Of a stretch of DNA of 64,000 bases, positions 39,704-49,012 are shown piece after piece. Each line of letters starts with the position of its first letter. Position 1 is the first letter of the stretch. Below the pieces are notes generated by a model. That model was not told the origin of the DNA. It was given only the letters and a program-made list of their open reading frames with translations, and ran no database searches. The stretch lies in the NCBI GenBank assembly GCA_963675755.2, contig CAXXMD010000003.1, forward strand, positions 2,656,001 to 2,720,000, read 5' to 3'. A program made the translations under genes and the position numbers. The stretch is from a bacterium. Lineage in GTDB: Bacteria; Zhuqueibacterota; Zhuqueibacteria; Residuimicrobiales; Krinioviventaceae.

Positions 39704-39734
39704 AACCACAGACTCACACGGATGGAACACGGAT
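39704..39734 (-). repeat. ATCYGYG-periodic repeat, reverse orientation
   Basis: aaccacagactcacacggatggaacacggat. Confidence 0.55.
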
Positions 39735-39850
39735 CCATAAAAACAGTGTAGAATACATCTTGAATTCAACGGATCAGCATGTAGATATCTACCGATTGGT
39801 GAGAATTGAGGAGGTAAGAGTCTGGTAAATAGTAGGATGGATGCTGATTG

Positions 39851-40240
39851 TTAACCACTCAGTGTGAAATTTTCATCACCCATTTCTATATACATTAAAA
39901 TTATCAATCCAACCATAGTGAGTAAAACTGTACTGACAACATGTTTTATTGCCTTGTCCCGAAATCTTGCCACTTTGAGAATTTCATCATAAAGAACGGT
40001 ATACTCTTTTCCAGCAAAAACGCCGCTAATGGAATTATCCGTAATTTCGGTTACTTTGAATTGTACTCTGCTGCTGTCCGTTTTCAGAATTTTAACAAGC
40101 TGGCCTTTATGAAATTGTTGTTTCCAATACTCATTGCTTTCTTGCCGGGTTTCCGGTTTGACCATGGTAGAGTAGCAGGATATATTAACTATTTGCGTTA
40201 TCAACAGGAGCAATGTTATTCCGATTAATTTTCGGTGCAT
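39851..40240 (-). CDS. Small hypothetical lipoprotein, paralogue B
   Basis: Lipobox-like NISC; near-identical N-terminus to 40316-40702; C-terminal TM helix. Confidence 0.7.
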   Translation of the reverse strand: MHRKLIGITLLLLITQIVNISCYSTMVKPETRQESNEYWKQQFHKGQLVKILKTDSSRVQFKVTEITDNSISGVFAGKEYTVLYDEILKVARFRDKAIKHVVSTVLLTMVGLIILMYIEMGDENFTLSG

Positions 40241-40283
40241 AACTTTTTCCTCAGGCTTGGGACGGATGCCTCTGTTTAATATC

Positions 40284-40314
40284 CCGTGATGCAGACATCT
40301 GCATCACGATCTGG
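40284..40314. repeat. REP-like perfect palindrome, copy B
   Basis: CGTGATGCAGA-ca-TCTGCATCACG immediately after the stop of 40316-40702. Confidence 0.7.
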
Positions 40315-40315
40315 T

Positions 40316-40702
40316 TTAACCCGCTAATGAACAATTCCCATCACATGATTTACCGAGTAGATAGAAAAACAAAAACAGGCCTATGATTAAAGCGCTGACA
40401 CCGGTTTTTGCCACTTTGTCACGATAGCTTTTCACCTTGAGAATTTCGTTGTAATTGATGGTATAATTAGTTTCATCAAAGGTCCCGGTAACTGAATCAT
40501 TACCAACATCCGTGACGACCATTTTTGTCCATATATTGTCTGTTGTCAGAATTTTAACGAGTTGGTCTTTATGGAATTGCTGCTTCCAATAGTCGTTGTT
40601 TCTCTGTTGGATTTCCGGTTTGACCATGGTCGAGTAGCAGGATATATGTAGTATTTGCAATATCAGCAGGAGTAATGTTATTCCGATTAATTTTCGGTAC
40701 AT
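40316..40702 (-). CDS. Small hypothetical lipoprotein, paralogue A
   Basis: MYRKLIGITLLLLILQILHISCYSTMVKPE; shares YWKQQFHK and Y.EILKV with its neighbour. Confidence 0.7.
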   Translation of the reverse strand: MYRKLIGITLLLLILQILHISCYSTMVKPEIQQRNNDYWKQQFHKDQLVKILTTDNIWTKMVVTDVGNDSVTGTFDETNYTINYNEILKVKSYRDKVAKTGVSALIIGLFLFFYLLGKSCDGNCSLAG

Positions 40703-40787
40703 AACTGTTTCCTTTGATTTGGGTCGGTTGTCAATGTCTAAAATTTTACTATGCAGGCATTTCTTTATTATTTGAACATTATTTTTT

Positions 40788-40878
40788 TACTGACTACTGA
40801 CTACTGACTACTGACTACTGACTACTGACTACTGACTACTGACTACTGACTACTGACTACTGACTACTGATAACTGAA
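40788..40878. repeat. Heptanucleotide tandem repeat (TACTGAC)11 plus 2 degenerate units
   Basis: 11 perfect units at 40788-40864, then TACTGAT and AACTGAA. Confidence 0.95.
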
Positions 40879-40950
40879 AGCTATTTACTACTTGATACAT
40901 TCGTCAAACATCAATGGGAACCAACACTTTGTCTTTACTTTTTCAATGTA

Positions 40951-41436
40951 TTATAGATATTTGGTCATTCGCATTGCCTTTATGGGCATTTCCGGGTATT
41001 TGTTCACCGTTTCCTGCGTGTGATTAAATCCCATTTTTTTATAAAATCCACTATTATTGTCTGGTACAATTGTATCTACAAACATTTTATTTACCGAGCC
41101 CCAATTGTCTCTAATCCACAATTCAGCAAAATGAATGCAGGATGTCCCAATGCCTTTACCCAGAAAATCCAGATGCAGATAGATTAGCGGAATTTCTGCG
41201 GTGGTTTCGTCAATACGCTTGATTATGAAAAATCCGGCAGCATCTTCTTCATGTTCTACAATAAAGACTTTGCTGGTTTTAGACATTTCAATAAAATCAT
41301 CCGTTGTATATGCGGTAACAGCAGCAGAGATCTGTTGTGGAGACAACTCGCCATAAAATTTTTGAATAAACGCGTCAATTCGGATCTTGAAACAGAAATA
41401 GGCATCTTCACGGTCAAAGGGTCGTATCTTCATCAT
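40951..41436 (-). CDS. GNAT family N-acetyltransferase
   Basis: Motif A YLHLDFLGKGIGT; GFYKKMGF. Confidence 0.85.
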   Translation of the reverse strand: MMKIRPFDREDAYFCFKIRIDAFIQKFYGELSPQQISAAVTAYTTDDFIEMSKTSKVFIVEHEEDAAGFFIIKRIDETTAEIPLIYLHLDFLGKGIGTSCIHFAELWIRDNWGSVNKMFVDTIVPDNNSGFYKKMGFNHTQETVNKYPEMPIKAMRMTKYL

Positions 41437-42674
41437 AGCTCCTGTTGTTGGTTTTTATCGAATACCTGCTCCCATTTGATTTTTGCAGTGATCTGCATGA
41501 GTATAAACAGCGTTATTACAGAACAGATGGTGACAATCACACCCGTAAATCCTTTGAAAAAGAAAGAGTATGAAAAGACAATCAGATACAGGACTTGAGT
41601 TACCGGTGCAACCAGTAATGCAAACTTTGCGGGTGTGAACAGACGCAGATAACTGATTGTGAGAAAAAGAGATACCACTGACGCGATTGCAAACGTCAGG
41701 TACAGATTGAGATGGTCCGAGAAATAAGAATACATGAGATGGAACGAGAAAAACGTTGCTGCCAGAAAAAAGTAATTCATGGGGTGCAAACGGGTTTTGA
41801 ATGTGATGGAAAAGATGAAAATTACAATAAAAAAGAACAACAATGAAACCGGTGCAAAAAAGGTCACGCGTGAGACAATTTTACCGGGATTCAGTTTGTT
41901 GGGTATATTCAGGCCAATATCTTTGCCCGTAACCGAGCTGTCCAGATTCCATTCAAGAGTATAGCCATCTTTTGTTTCGGTTTTGCTTGTGGGAGACATC
42001 ATATTGTTGGGAAAATCAATGTTTTTAAAATCGGTGGTCATAGTCAGGTTGAAATTGTTGATCTGGCTGATGTCTTTGTCTTTGGGCGTTATAAAATAGC
42101 GAATGTTTTCCATTCCGGTACAGTCGTAAGAGATTTCAAGCTGAATGTTGCCGTTTTCATCGGGTACAACGGGAATAGGCTCGCTTTGGACCAATGGTAA
42201 TATATCGTCTTTTAATTCACCGTTAACCCGCAGTGTGATGTTGTTATAGATCGAGTTTGAGGATTGTAACGATGCATTGATATAATAGGTCTCCAACGGC
42301 ACAAAATCGTTGATTGTATATTCATATTTTCCGGTGAATTTGGCTTTGAATGTGGGAAACCAGAGATTTCCTTTTTTACGCTGGTCCAGTTGGGTGTTGA
42401 TGGTTATGTCTGATTTGTTGGGCTCAATTTTATGAAAACCGGAATTTTCTGTATAGGTCTGGTCTGTGACGATTTTGTCCAGATTAATGGGGTGAATTCT
42501 GGAGCAGAACGGCGCATTAATAACCAGCTCATCGCCATAGAGATTGATAACCATACTTTTAATTGAAGAAAATGAAGAATCGGTACGAATTCCGGTAGAA
42601 ACCCCCAGTATCATCCATGCTATAGTGGTGCTTAGATAGATGAAAATGATCGCAATAATGCGTTTTACACTCAT
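41433..42674 (-). CDS. Inner-membrane CreD-family protein
   Basis: N-terminal TM, periplasmic domain, C-terminal TM bundle with LHPMNY and FFSFHL..SY..DH. Confidence 0.7.
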   Translation of the reverse strand: MSVKRIIAIIFIYLSTTIAWMILGVSTGIRTDSSFSSIKSMVINLYGDELVINAPFCSRIHPINLDKIVTDQTYTENSGFHKIEPNKSDITINTQLDQRKKGNLWFPTFKAKFTGKYEYTINDFVPLETYYINASLQSSNSIYNNITLRVNGELKDDILPLVQSEPIPVVPDENGNIQLEISYDCTGMENIRYFITPKDKDISQINNFNLTMTTDFKNIDFPNNMMSPTSKTETKDGYTLEWNLDSSVTGKDIGLNIPNKLNPGKIVSRVTFFAPVSLLFFFIVIFIFSITFKTRLHPMNYFFLAATFFSFHLMYSYFSDHLNLYLTFAIASVVSLFLTISYLRLFTPAKFALLVAPVTQVLYLIVFSYSFFFKGFTGVIVTICSVITLFILMQITAKIKWEQVFDKNQQQEL

Positions 42675-42771
42675 AGGTCCCCTTTCTGTGCATTGTTAGA
42701 CGGGCTATAACATTACACTCTCAGAGTAAACGCAGGTTCCAAAATGAAAGCCAGTTTTTTGTTGACTCCAT

Positions 42772-43083
42772 TCAGACAAGTGCTGTAACAATCCCCACCA
42801 GAGTCCCCAAAACTGCAGAAAAAATGGCAATGGGAATAATACTTTTAGGACTGTCTTTGAGCTGCTGAATCATGACCGGTACGGCAGCCATTTCTGCAAC
42901 CAAAAGTCCTTTAATCCAGGGCGCAACCGGGAGTTGTATGTACGCGATGAAAATTGTAACGACTATCCAGTGCACAAATGCCGAAATGTTGGCGTATTTG
43001 TGCAGTTTTTGTATGACCATGGGAATCACGTCAATGATCCCTGCAATTATTCCGATAGATATAATAATTAAAAGTTTGAACAT
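42772..43083 (-). CDS. Small hypothetical membrane protein
   Basis: About four hydrophobic helices; GIIAGIIDVIPM; AAGGA RBS. Confidence 0.7.
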   Translation of the reverse strand: MFKLLIIISIGIIAGIIDVIPMVIQKLHKYANISAFVHWIVVTIFIAYIQLPVAPWIKGLLVAEMAAVPVMIQQLKDSPKSIIPIAIFSAVLGTLVGIVTALV

Positions 43084-43258
43084 AATTATTTCCTTTGCTA
43101 CAATTGTTCAAGGTATTGTAGAAAATATCAAAATTTTACATAATTTCCAAGTAATGCGCAAGTTATACTTTATAGATCAATTCGTAAATGGATCAAATAA
43201 CATAAAAACATTGGGCCTATGGTTCAGCAGGAAAATATGTTTATTATTTAAAAAGAGC

Positions 43259-43999
43259 TCATATTTTATCTGGAATGCGATTAACCATTTTTATAGTATT
43301 TTGGATAAATTGTTCTGCATTTGGGGAAGAATATTCCGAATACTCGCTATCTGACCAAAGAACTTTACCGGTTCCCGAATCAACAATATACAATGTAATC
43401 TGATAATGAGAAACCTGATAAAAAGATGCATAGCCCATTGTTAACAATCCGGTTAACAAGCCCTGACCTATGGATTTTGATAAAGGGACTTTGTTGCCTT
43501 TGCCATGAATTAATACAAGAGGTTTTATAGGTGCTTGAGAAATTGATTTGTGGCCCTGGGTTCCAATAGCAGCCAGACAGTCTTCAAGCATGTTTAATAA
43601 TTCGGGATCTGTACCGGTACTGTTAAAATAAAAGGGAGCATGATTTACCGGTAATTCTTTATGGTTCCAGGATTGCTGCTGTTCTGTTTCAATGGTTTTA
43701 GCTACCGCTTGTCCGTCAAGAAATCTGCCAACTGTTGGGGGAATCACGTTTTCTATGTAATAGCCTTTTTCATAAAATGTTTTTAAAAGCGTGTCTGATA
43801 GTGATTCTCCAATTTCGTGACTTGAGAATACATCTACAATCATTGTGTCGTTTTTACTGCCATGCGCTGCCATGATGTCTGTAAAGAGAGAGCATGATTC
43901 AAATTCATCTTTTTGCACAGAAAAATGCGGATATTTTTTTGCAGGATTTCCAGCCGCACAGTTTAATAATACACAAGACATTGCAAAAATGAATATCAT
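43259..43999 (-). CDS. Hypothetical lipoprotein
   Basis: Lipobox-like LLNC; C-terminal IVDSGTGKVLWS; the probable true start at 44017 is interrupted by an in-frame TAA. Confidence 0.6.
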   Translation of the reverse strand: MIFIFAMSCVLLNCAAGNPAKKYPHFSVQKDEFESCSLFTDIMAAHGSKNDTMIVDVFSSHEIGESLSDTLLKTFYEKGYYIENVIPPTVGRFLDGQAVAKTIETEQQQSWNHKELPVNHAPFYFNSTGTDPELLNMLEDCLAAIGTQGHKSISQAPIKPLVLIHGKGNKVPLSKSIGQGLLTGLLTMGYASFYQVSHYQITLYIVDSGTGKVLWSDSEYSEYSSPNAEQFIQNTIKMVNRIPDKI

Positions 44000-44117
44000 C
44001 CCACATTATTTTTTCATAACATCCCCTTGAATGATGAGTTTGGTTTGTAATTAGTTTTAACCCTGGGTGCCAATTATTATTGACATTCGAATATATTAAA
44101 TTCTATAGAAAAAGCAA

Positions 44118-44138
44118 AGGCCAAAAATCTTTTGGCCT
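44118..44138 (-). terminator. Possible terminator after the GHL10 gene
   Basis: AGGCCAAAA-atc-TTTTGGCCT with a T-rich tail on the minus strand. Confidence 0.5.
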
Positions 44139-44160
44139 CTGTTCTGACAAAATTTATTCT

Positions 44161-45435
44161 TTATGATTTGGGCTCTTTGACGTATTTGTCTCCATCTTTG
44201 AGCCAGCGTTCAGGGCGTGACCAGCTTTCAGGATTCACATAAGCGGTTCTGTCCGTTCGTTCCAGTGTTTTCAGCAATTCCGGATCGCCCAGTTCACGGA
44301 ATATCTGGTCTTTTGGATTGAACCGGTTGAATGTATAAATGCCGTCTACTCCGGCTTTCCAGGCGTTCAGCGCTTCACCTCGCCAGATTTTCTCCTCGGT
44401 TACGCCTTCGGGTTCGCCACTGGATTGAATACGGCGTTTCACAAAACACGCGTATGCCGGTACGTCATACTTTTTGCCCAAAGCGGCCCAGTTTTCCCAG
44501 GGTTCCAGTTTGAAATAACCGCCGCCCACAATCAAATCCACCAGATCATCAGCCAGCCATTGTTCCAGATCAATGCCCAATGCTTTGCAATAATCCACCG
44601 AATCGGGTACCCGGATGCCAATGAGAAAAGGTCTGCCGCGTTTGAGGCCGATCTCTTCGGTCATGGTACGAATGCGTTTCATCAGACCGGTCATGAGGTC
44701 GCAATGTTCCTGCGTTACCGGTTCACCTGTCATTTGTGGTTTGAACAATACAGGGTGACGGAAAAAGTCCAATTCTATACCGTCAACATCATAGCGGGTA
44801 CATACATCCTGCAAAATGCGGAGCACCTTGTCCCTGACCGGCTGTAATCCATAATCCACAGACGACCAGCGATTTGCGCCATAAGGCAGAGTAACGTCTT
44901 TGGTGCCCACCATATAATCGGGATGCGCCTTTTTCCACTCGCATAAAGGCACAGAACTGCCGGAATCGTGTGTATCATTCATGCGCATGGACCAGAATAT
45001 TTCAAAATGATTTTCCTGGCAGTACTGTATCATGATTTTAAGCGGATCGGTGCCGTTTTCATTCAGGTGTTTCAGAAAGCGATGCGTAATGTCGTTACGG
45101 CCCTCGCGCAGGAACCACTCACTCTCATTGCTGGGATGGTAATAATAATTAAACACCCCGGTGCAATAAAAGATAGAATCCACATGTGTGCCGGGCAGAC
45201 CATAACTGCGTTTTTGCAGCATGGTTTCGGCGGTAAAGGGTTCGTCCGCTTTAATCAATACCGGCTCGTTGCCGTCATTGTTCATGATCACGCGGCGTTT
45301 ACGATGCGCGGCCTGCTTGCGGTCCTGCCTAAGATCGGCCAGACTGTATTTTTTACTGCATGCGGGAATCATTGAGGTGAGGGACACCGCACCCACGCTT
45401 TTTAAAAAACTTCGACGACTGGTAGGAATTTGCAT
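44161..45435 (-). CDS. Tat-exported glycoside hydrolase-like 10 (GHL10/TIM-barrel) protein
   Basis: SRRSFLK leader; NNDG, SMRMNDTH, YDVDGIELDFFRHP, GIYTFN. Confidence 0.75.
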   Translation of the reverse strand: MQIPTSRRSFLKSVGAVSLTSMIPACSKKYSLADLRQDRKQAAHRKRRVIMNNDGNEPVLIKADEPFTAETMLQKRSYGLPGTHVDSIFYCTGVFNYYYHPSNESEWFLREGRNDITHRFLKHLNENGTDPLKIMIQYCQENHFEIFWSMRMNDTHDSGSSVPLCEWKKAHPDYMVGTKDVTLPYGANRWSSVDYGLQPVRDKVLRILQDVCTRYDVDGIELDFFRHPVLFKPQMTGEPVTQEHCDLMTGLMKRIRTMTEEIGLKRGRPFLIGIRVPDSVDYCKALGIDLEQWLADDLVDLIVGGGYFKLEPWENWAALGKKYDVPAYACFVKRRIQSSGEPEGVTEEKIWRGEALNAWKAGVDGIYTFNRFNPKDQIFRELGDPELLKTLERTDRTAYVNPESWSRPERWLKDGDKYVKEPKS

Positions 45436-45664
45436 TGCCAGCTCCTGGTTTAAGAGAAAGGATCTATGCTTACAGGTCTAATCATTAGTTCTGTTTTTAT
45501 ATTCATTATGTTTACGGCTGTATGTATAGTATATGAGATTTTGGGAGAAATGCAATGCAAAAAAATGCCCTGTATCAATATCTGCTTCAGGGTTTGAGCA
45601 AGCGGATAATTGTTTTGATTAGGTGTTTTAACTAGTAATCAAATTTGCTGGCAGGAAATGGATT

Positions 45665-46429
45665 TTAATGAACAATTCCAATTTTATAGTTTTTCTTAAG
45701 ATCAGGAATTATATTTTCAACAGAATTGTCATCCAGTGGATTGCTTTCAAGCGCAATATTGATAGTTCTGCCTGATAAAATGCACTCTGAATCATACACT
45801 GGGGATAAATCGCTGATCTTGTTATCAAATAAATTCAAACTATGTATTGCAGGTGAGCATATAAACGGAACAATTGAAGTAACCTGATTGTGATTTAACA
45901 AAACATATTGTAAATTTACCATTTTAGATAAATTGGGAATGTGTTCGATATGATTGTAGTTTGCTGACAAAATTTCCAGCTTTTTCAAGTTTGTTATTGG
46001 AGTAATATCATCAATAGAATTATTATTTAAACTAAGTATTCTCAATTTTTTTAGATTTTCTAAACCCGACAAGTCATCTAACTTGTTGTTGTTGATATTT
46101 AGATATTCAAGTGTAATTAGTTGTTCAATCGGACCAATGTTTGTAATTTCACTGGAATGGATTTTCAAGGTTTTTAATTTGCAGCAATATTCAATACCTT
46201 TTAAATTTTCTATCTTGCCAGCAATTTCCAGTTTTTCGATCTTTTTGAGATCAGACGCTTCCAGGGGACCGGTTGGTTTTTTGATTTTGTCACGAATTGC
46301 TTTATCCAAAATCGGATCTTGAATTTCTACTATGATCACTTTGTCTGAGACCGGATTCTTGTCGCAAGAGAATATTAAGAGTGTGATTAAAAAAAGTTTT
46401 AATATTTGTTTGATTAATATTTTATTCAT
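45665..46429 (-). CDS. Internalin-like leucine-rich-repeat lipoprotein
   Basis: Lipobox IFSC; DP.L..AIR cap; 22-aa LRRs (L..L.L..N.I.D...L). Confidence 0.85.
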   Translation of the reverse strand: MNKILIKQILKLFLITLLIFSCDKNPVSDKVIIVEIQDPILDKAIRDKIKKPTGPLEASDLKKIEKLEIAGKIENLKGIEYCCKLKTLKIHSSEITNIGPIEQLITLEYLNINNNKLDDLSGLENLKKLRILSLNNNSIDDITPITNLKKLEILSANYNHIEHIPNLSKMVNLQYVLLNHNQVTSIVPFICSPAIHSLNLFDNKISDLSPVYDSECILSGRTINIALESNPLDDNSVENIIPDLKKNYKIGIVH

Positions 46430-46604
46430 AATACTCCCCCTTTTTAGTAATATACTTGAATCTAAAAATATTCTTGAATAAAGACAAGATTTTTCTGTTT
46501 TTAGAGTTGTTTTGCTAAAAAAAGCATTCCCGATTATTTTAATCGGTGATTAAAAGCATAATAGTATTACATACCTAACTGCATGCCAATACTTGATATT
46601 CACG

Positions 46605-46771
46605 TTTCTACAAATATTCTGGGCCTGGCGGGACATTAAGATATGATACCAATTGATTGTTATTGTTTATTTTTAGTATCGGATTGTCTTGCAAAGGCCC
46701 CGTTAGGGGGGCATATATTTGTAGAAATGAAAAACAAAGCTTTTTCGCGTGCCGTTAGGTACGCCATCTGG
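46605..46771. repeat. Degenerate REP/BIME-like intergenic element
   Basis: tttctacaaatat (about 46606-46618) is the reverse complement of atatttgtagaaa (about 46715-46727); short palindromes gccccgttagggggg and cgtgccgttaggtacg. Confidence 0.45.
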
Positions 46772-46804
46772 CAGAATGATAAATGATTTTTACTGCATCA
46801 GGTG

Positions 46805-48766
46805 TTATTTAACCAAGCTGATCTTTCGGGTTAGAGTTTGTGATGTTTGTTGTGTTTTGATATCTGCCTGAATCAGATAAATACCACTGGGATAGCTGGC
46901 CGCATTGAATTGAACACTGTGCTGTCCCGTGTCATAATGACGATTTGTCAACAATGCGATCTCTCTTCCCCGGATGTTCAAGATGCGAATCTCAACCTTT
47001 GCCGGTTTGAATAATATAAAGGGAATGGTTGTAACCGGATTAAACGGATTGGGATAATTTTGAGTTAATGAAAATAGAGATTCATTGTTCACAAGATTGG
47101 TGTTCAGTGAATCTAAAATCGTACTGTCACTTTTGACAATGTTTTTAATTTCTATGTTAAAAGTTTTAACAATCTGCACGGGTACAAAATCGGGACCTGC
47201 GTTATGAGGTACCAGTTCTGCGAATATTGCTGCTTTAACCGATTGCAATGCTTTTTGTCCGGTTGCGTGGGTGGGCAATTGAAAAGGATTTTCTGTTTCC
47301 ACTTGAGCGGAATTTACATAATGGAATGTTTGCCGATATTCATCATCGGGATCAGAATTACTGGTTGCCTTGAATGAACTGATGTCTTGTTCAGTAGAAA
47401 CAAAAGAAAATTTGACTGTACTTTTGCTGGTATCAAAGATATATGGATTAATAACAAAGGGTAAATCTCCGTTTATTTTAAAAAAATCATCATATTGGGT
47501 TGTATAGAGATTGTTGTCTTTATTTTTACGTACACTTTTAATTTTACATGTATGATCTACCTGCGGTTTTGAAACCATGTTAAAAATGCCCAACGGTTTG
47601 TCATACAAGGGCAGGGCGTTCGATTGTGCCGCAAAGAGTGTGTCAGGTAGAACGCATCCTGGCAGGTAAAAGAATAATGAATAGAGCCCCTGGCCGAGAC
47701 TTGTATTTTCAGGGAAGGTTATTTCTGTGGGTAATCCGGAAAACGTTCTGGGTAATAGAGAATTGTCCGGTGAGCCGCCGCCTTTGAGGAATTTATACAA
47801 TGTAGCAAAGGGCGCCATGGCGGGAATCCATTTATCACATAAAGTAGTTTCAGCGATTGATAATATATCGTCTGCATACCAGGTTTTGGAGTCCTTGTTG
47901 CCCAGGGCCCATTCCGCAAATGCGTTTTGCGCTTGTTCCACATTTTGATATTTGATCCTCATGTTTTTAAATGGATGGATACTGTTCTCCAGGCGCCCGG
48001 CAGGGTTTGCGCCCTCAAGTTGATTGTTGACAAGCCCGCTGTATGTATTGAACAAGGTAGATTCAAGATACTCTGCATTTTCAATGTTATTTTGATCAAA
48101 GTTTCGTAATGTCTCAATAGAAATGCCGGCACTGAATATTTTTGTACCAATGTCCGGATCATATCCTGAAACATCAAAGTCAACATAGTTCCATTGATAG
48201 GGTGCATACACACCTAAAACATGTATTTCTTCAAGTACGTCTGCATCGGTATAGTCTTTAACAAAACCGCAATTATTCAGATAACTGAGCTCAAACAAGG
48301 GTGTGGTTTTGTCCGGTCTTCCATAACGTGAGAACTCGCTATTGTACAGATATAGTGTAGCCAATATATAGGATGTTTCCGCTTTCTTGGTGCCATAATA
48401 GATATATCGGAGTATACCCTGGTATTCATTGTAAAGTAAGAGGAGGGGGTAGATAGACGAGGTGTTTTCATTTCCAAAATCGCGCAAGAATAATTTCCAT
48501 CCTTGTGATGGATAAATATCATATTTATCTCTGCCTTCCGCATTGAAAAATATGGGAAAGATAAAAGAACCCGCATCATTCCATGGAAGAGACATGTTTA
48601 ATTGTTCCTTACCTGGGTAGTATAAATCGATTTTCAAATTGGGGTCAGAGTACCAGTCCCAGTTTTTGTCTCGTCTTTCATCATCAATAGATCCCATAGT
48701 GCCTGCTTCAATTGAATTGACAAGCATCAAAAACAGGATTATTAAAAAATATGCAATTGATTTCAT
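46805..48766 (-). CDS. Secreted hypothetical protein with a T9SS-type C-terminal domain
   Basis: GCGGGGA RBS before ATG 48766; signal peptide; QNYPNPFNPVTTI...PSGIY...KISLVK. Confidence 0.75.
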   Translation of the reverse strand: MKSIAYFLIILFLMLVNSIEAGTMGSIDDERRDKNWDWYSDPNLKIDLYYPGKEQLNMSLPWNDAGSFIFPIFFNAEGRDKYDIYPSQGWKLFLRDFGNENTSSIYPLLLLYNEYQGILRYIYYGTKKAETSYILATLYLYNSEFSRYGRPDKTTPLFELSYLNNCGFVKDYTDADVLEEIHVLGVYAPYQWNYVDFDVSGYDPDIGTKIFSAGISIETLRNFDQNNIENAEYLESTLFNTYSGLVNNQLEGANPAGRLENSIHPFKNMRIKYQNVEQAQNAFAEWALGNKDSKTWYADDILSIAETTLCDKWIPAMAPFATLYKFLKGGGSPDNSLLPRTFSGLPTEITFPENTSLGQGLYSLFFYLPGCVLPDTLFAAQSNALPLYDKPLGIFNMVSKPQVDHTCKIKSVRKNKDNNLYTTQYDDFFKINGDLPFVINPYIFDTSKSTVKFSFVSTEQDISSFKATSNSDPDDEYRQTFHYVNSAQVETENPFQLPTHATGQKALQSVKAAIFAELVPHNAGPDFVPVQIVKTFNIEIKNIVKSDSTILDSLNTNLVNNESLFSLTQNYPNPFNPVTTIPFILFKPAKVEIRILNIRGREIALLTNRHYDTGQHSVQFNAASYPSGIYLIQADIKTQQTSQTLTRKISLVK

Positions 48767-49012
48767 GATTGTCCCCGCTAAAAAAAGTGCTTTAGGGTAC
48801 AAGTAAAGATAATCAAGACTATAGCGTTAAAATTCTGATCAAAGACATTGTTGATTTTCTCATGTTTATACCCCTGATAATATCTATATAAAATCTATTA
48901 TTTTTAACAAATAAAAGCAAGTCTATTTTTTCAAGAGCAAGGTTTTATAAAAAAGCGGTTGAATTCCTGCTCAGGTTTTAGTAATATTCTGAAACTAAAA
49001 TAGAGAGAGAAA

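Noticed and set aside
39765-39856. attC-like site after the small lipoprotein gene (TAAC-aATCAGCAT...ATGCTGATcc-GTTGAAT on the minus strand)
   Set aside because: The inverse core GGTTAAC does not complement the putative cassette start GTTATGC, the spacing is not attC-like, the paralogue lacks the site, and no integrase is in the window
40788-40878. Possible CRISPR array
   Set aside because: Pure 7-nt tandem repeat with no spacers and no cas genes in the window
42712-42730. Palindrome ACTCT-C-AGAGT upstream of the CreD-like gene as an operator
   Set aside because: Only 5-bp arms and no cognate regulator nearby, so it could be chance
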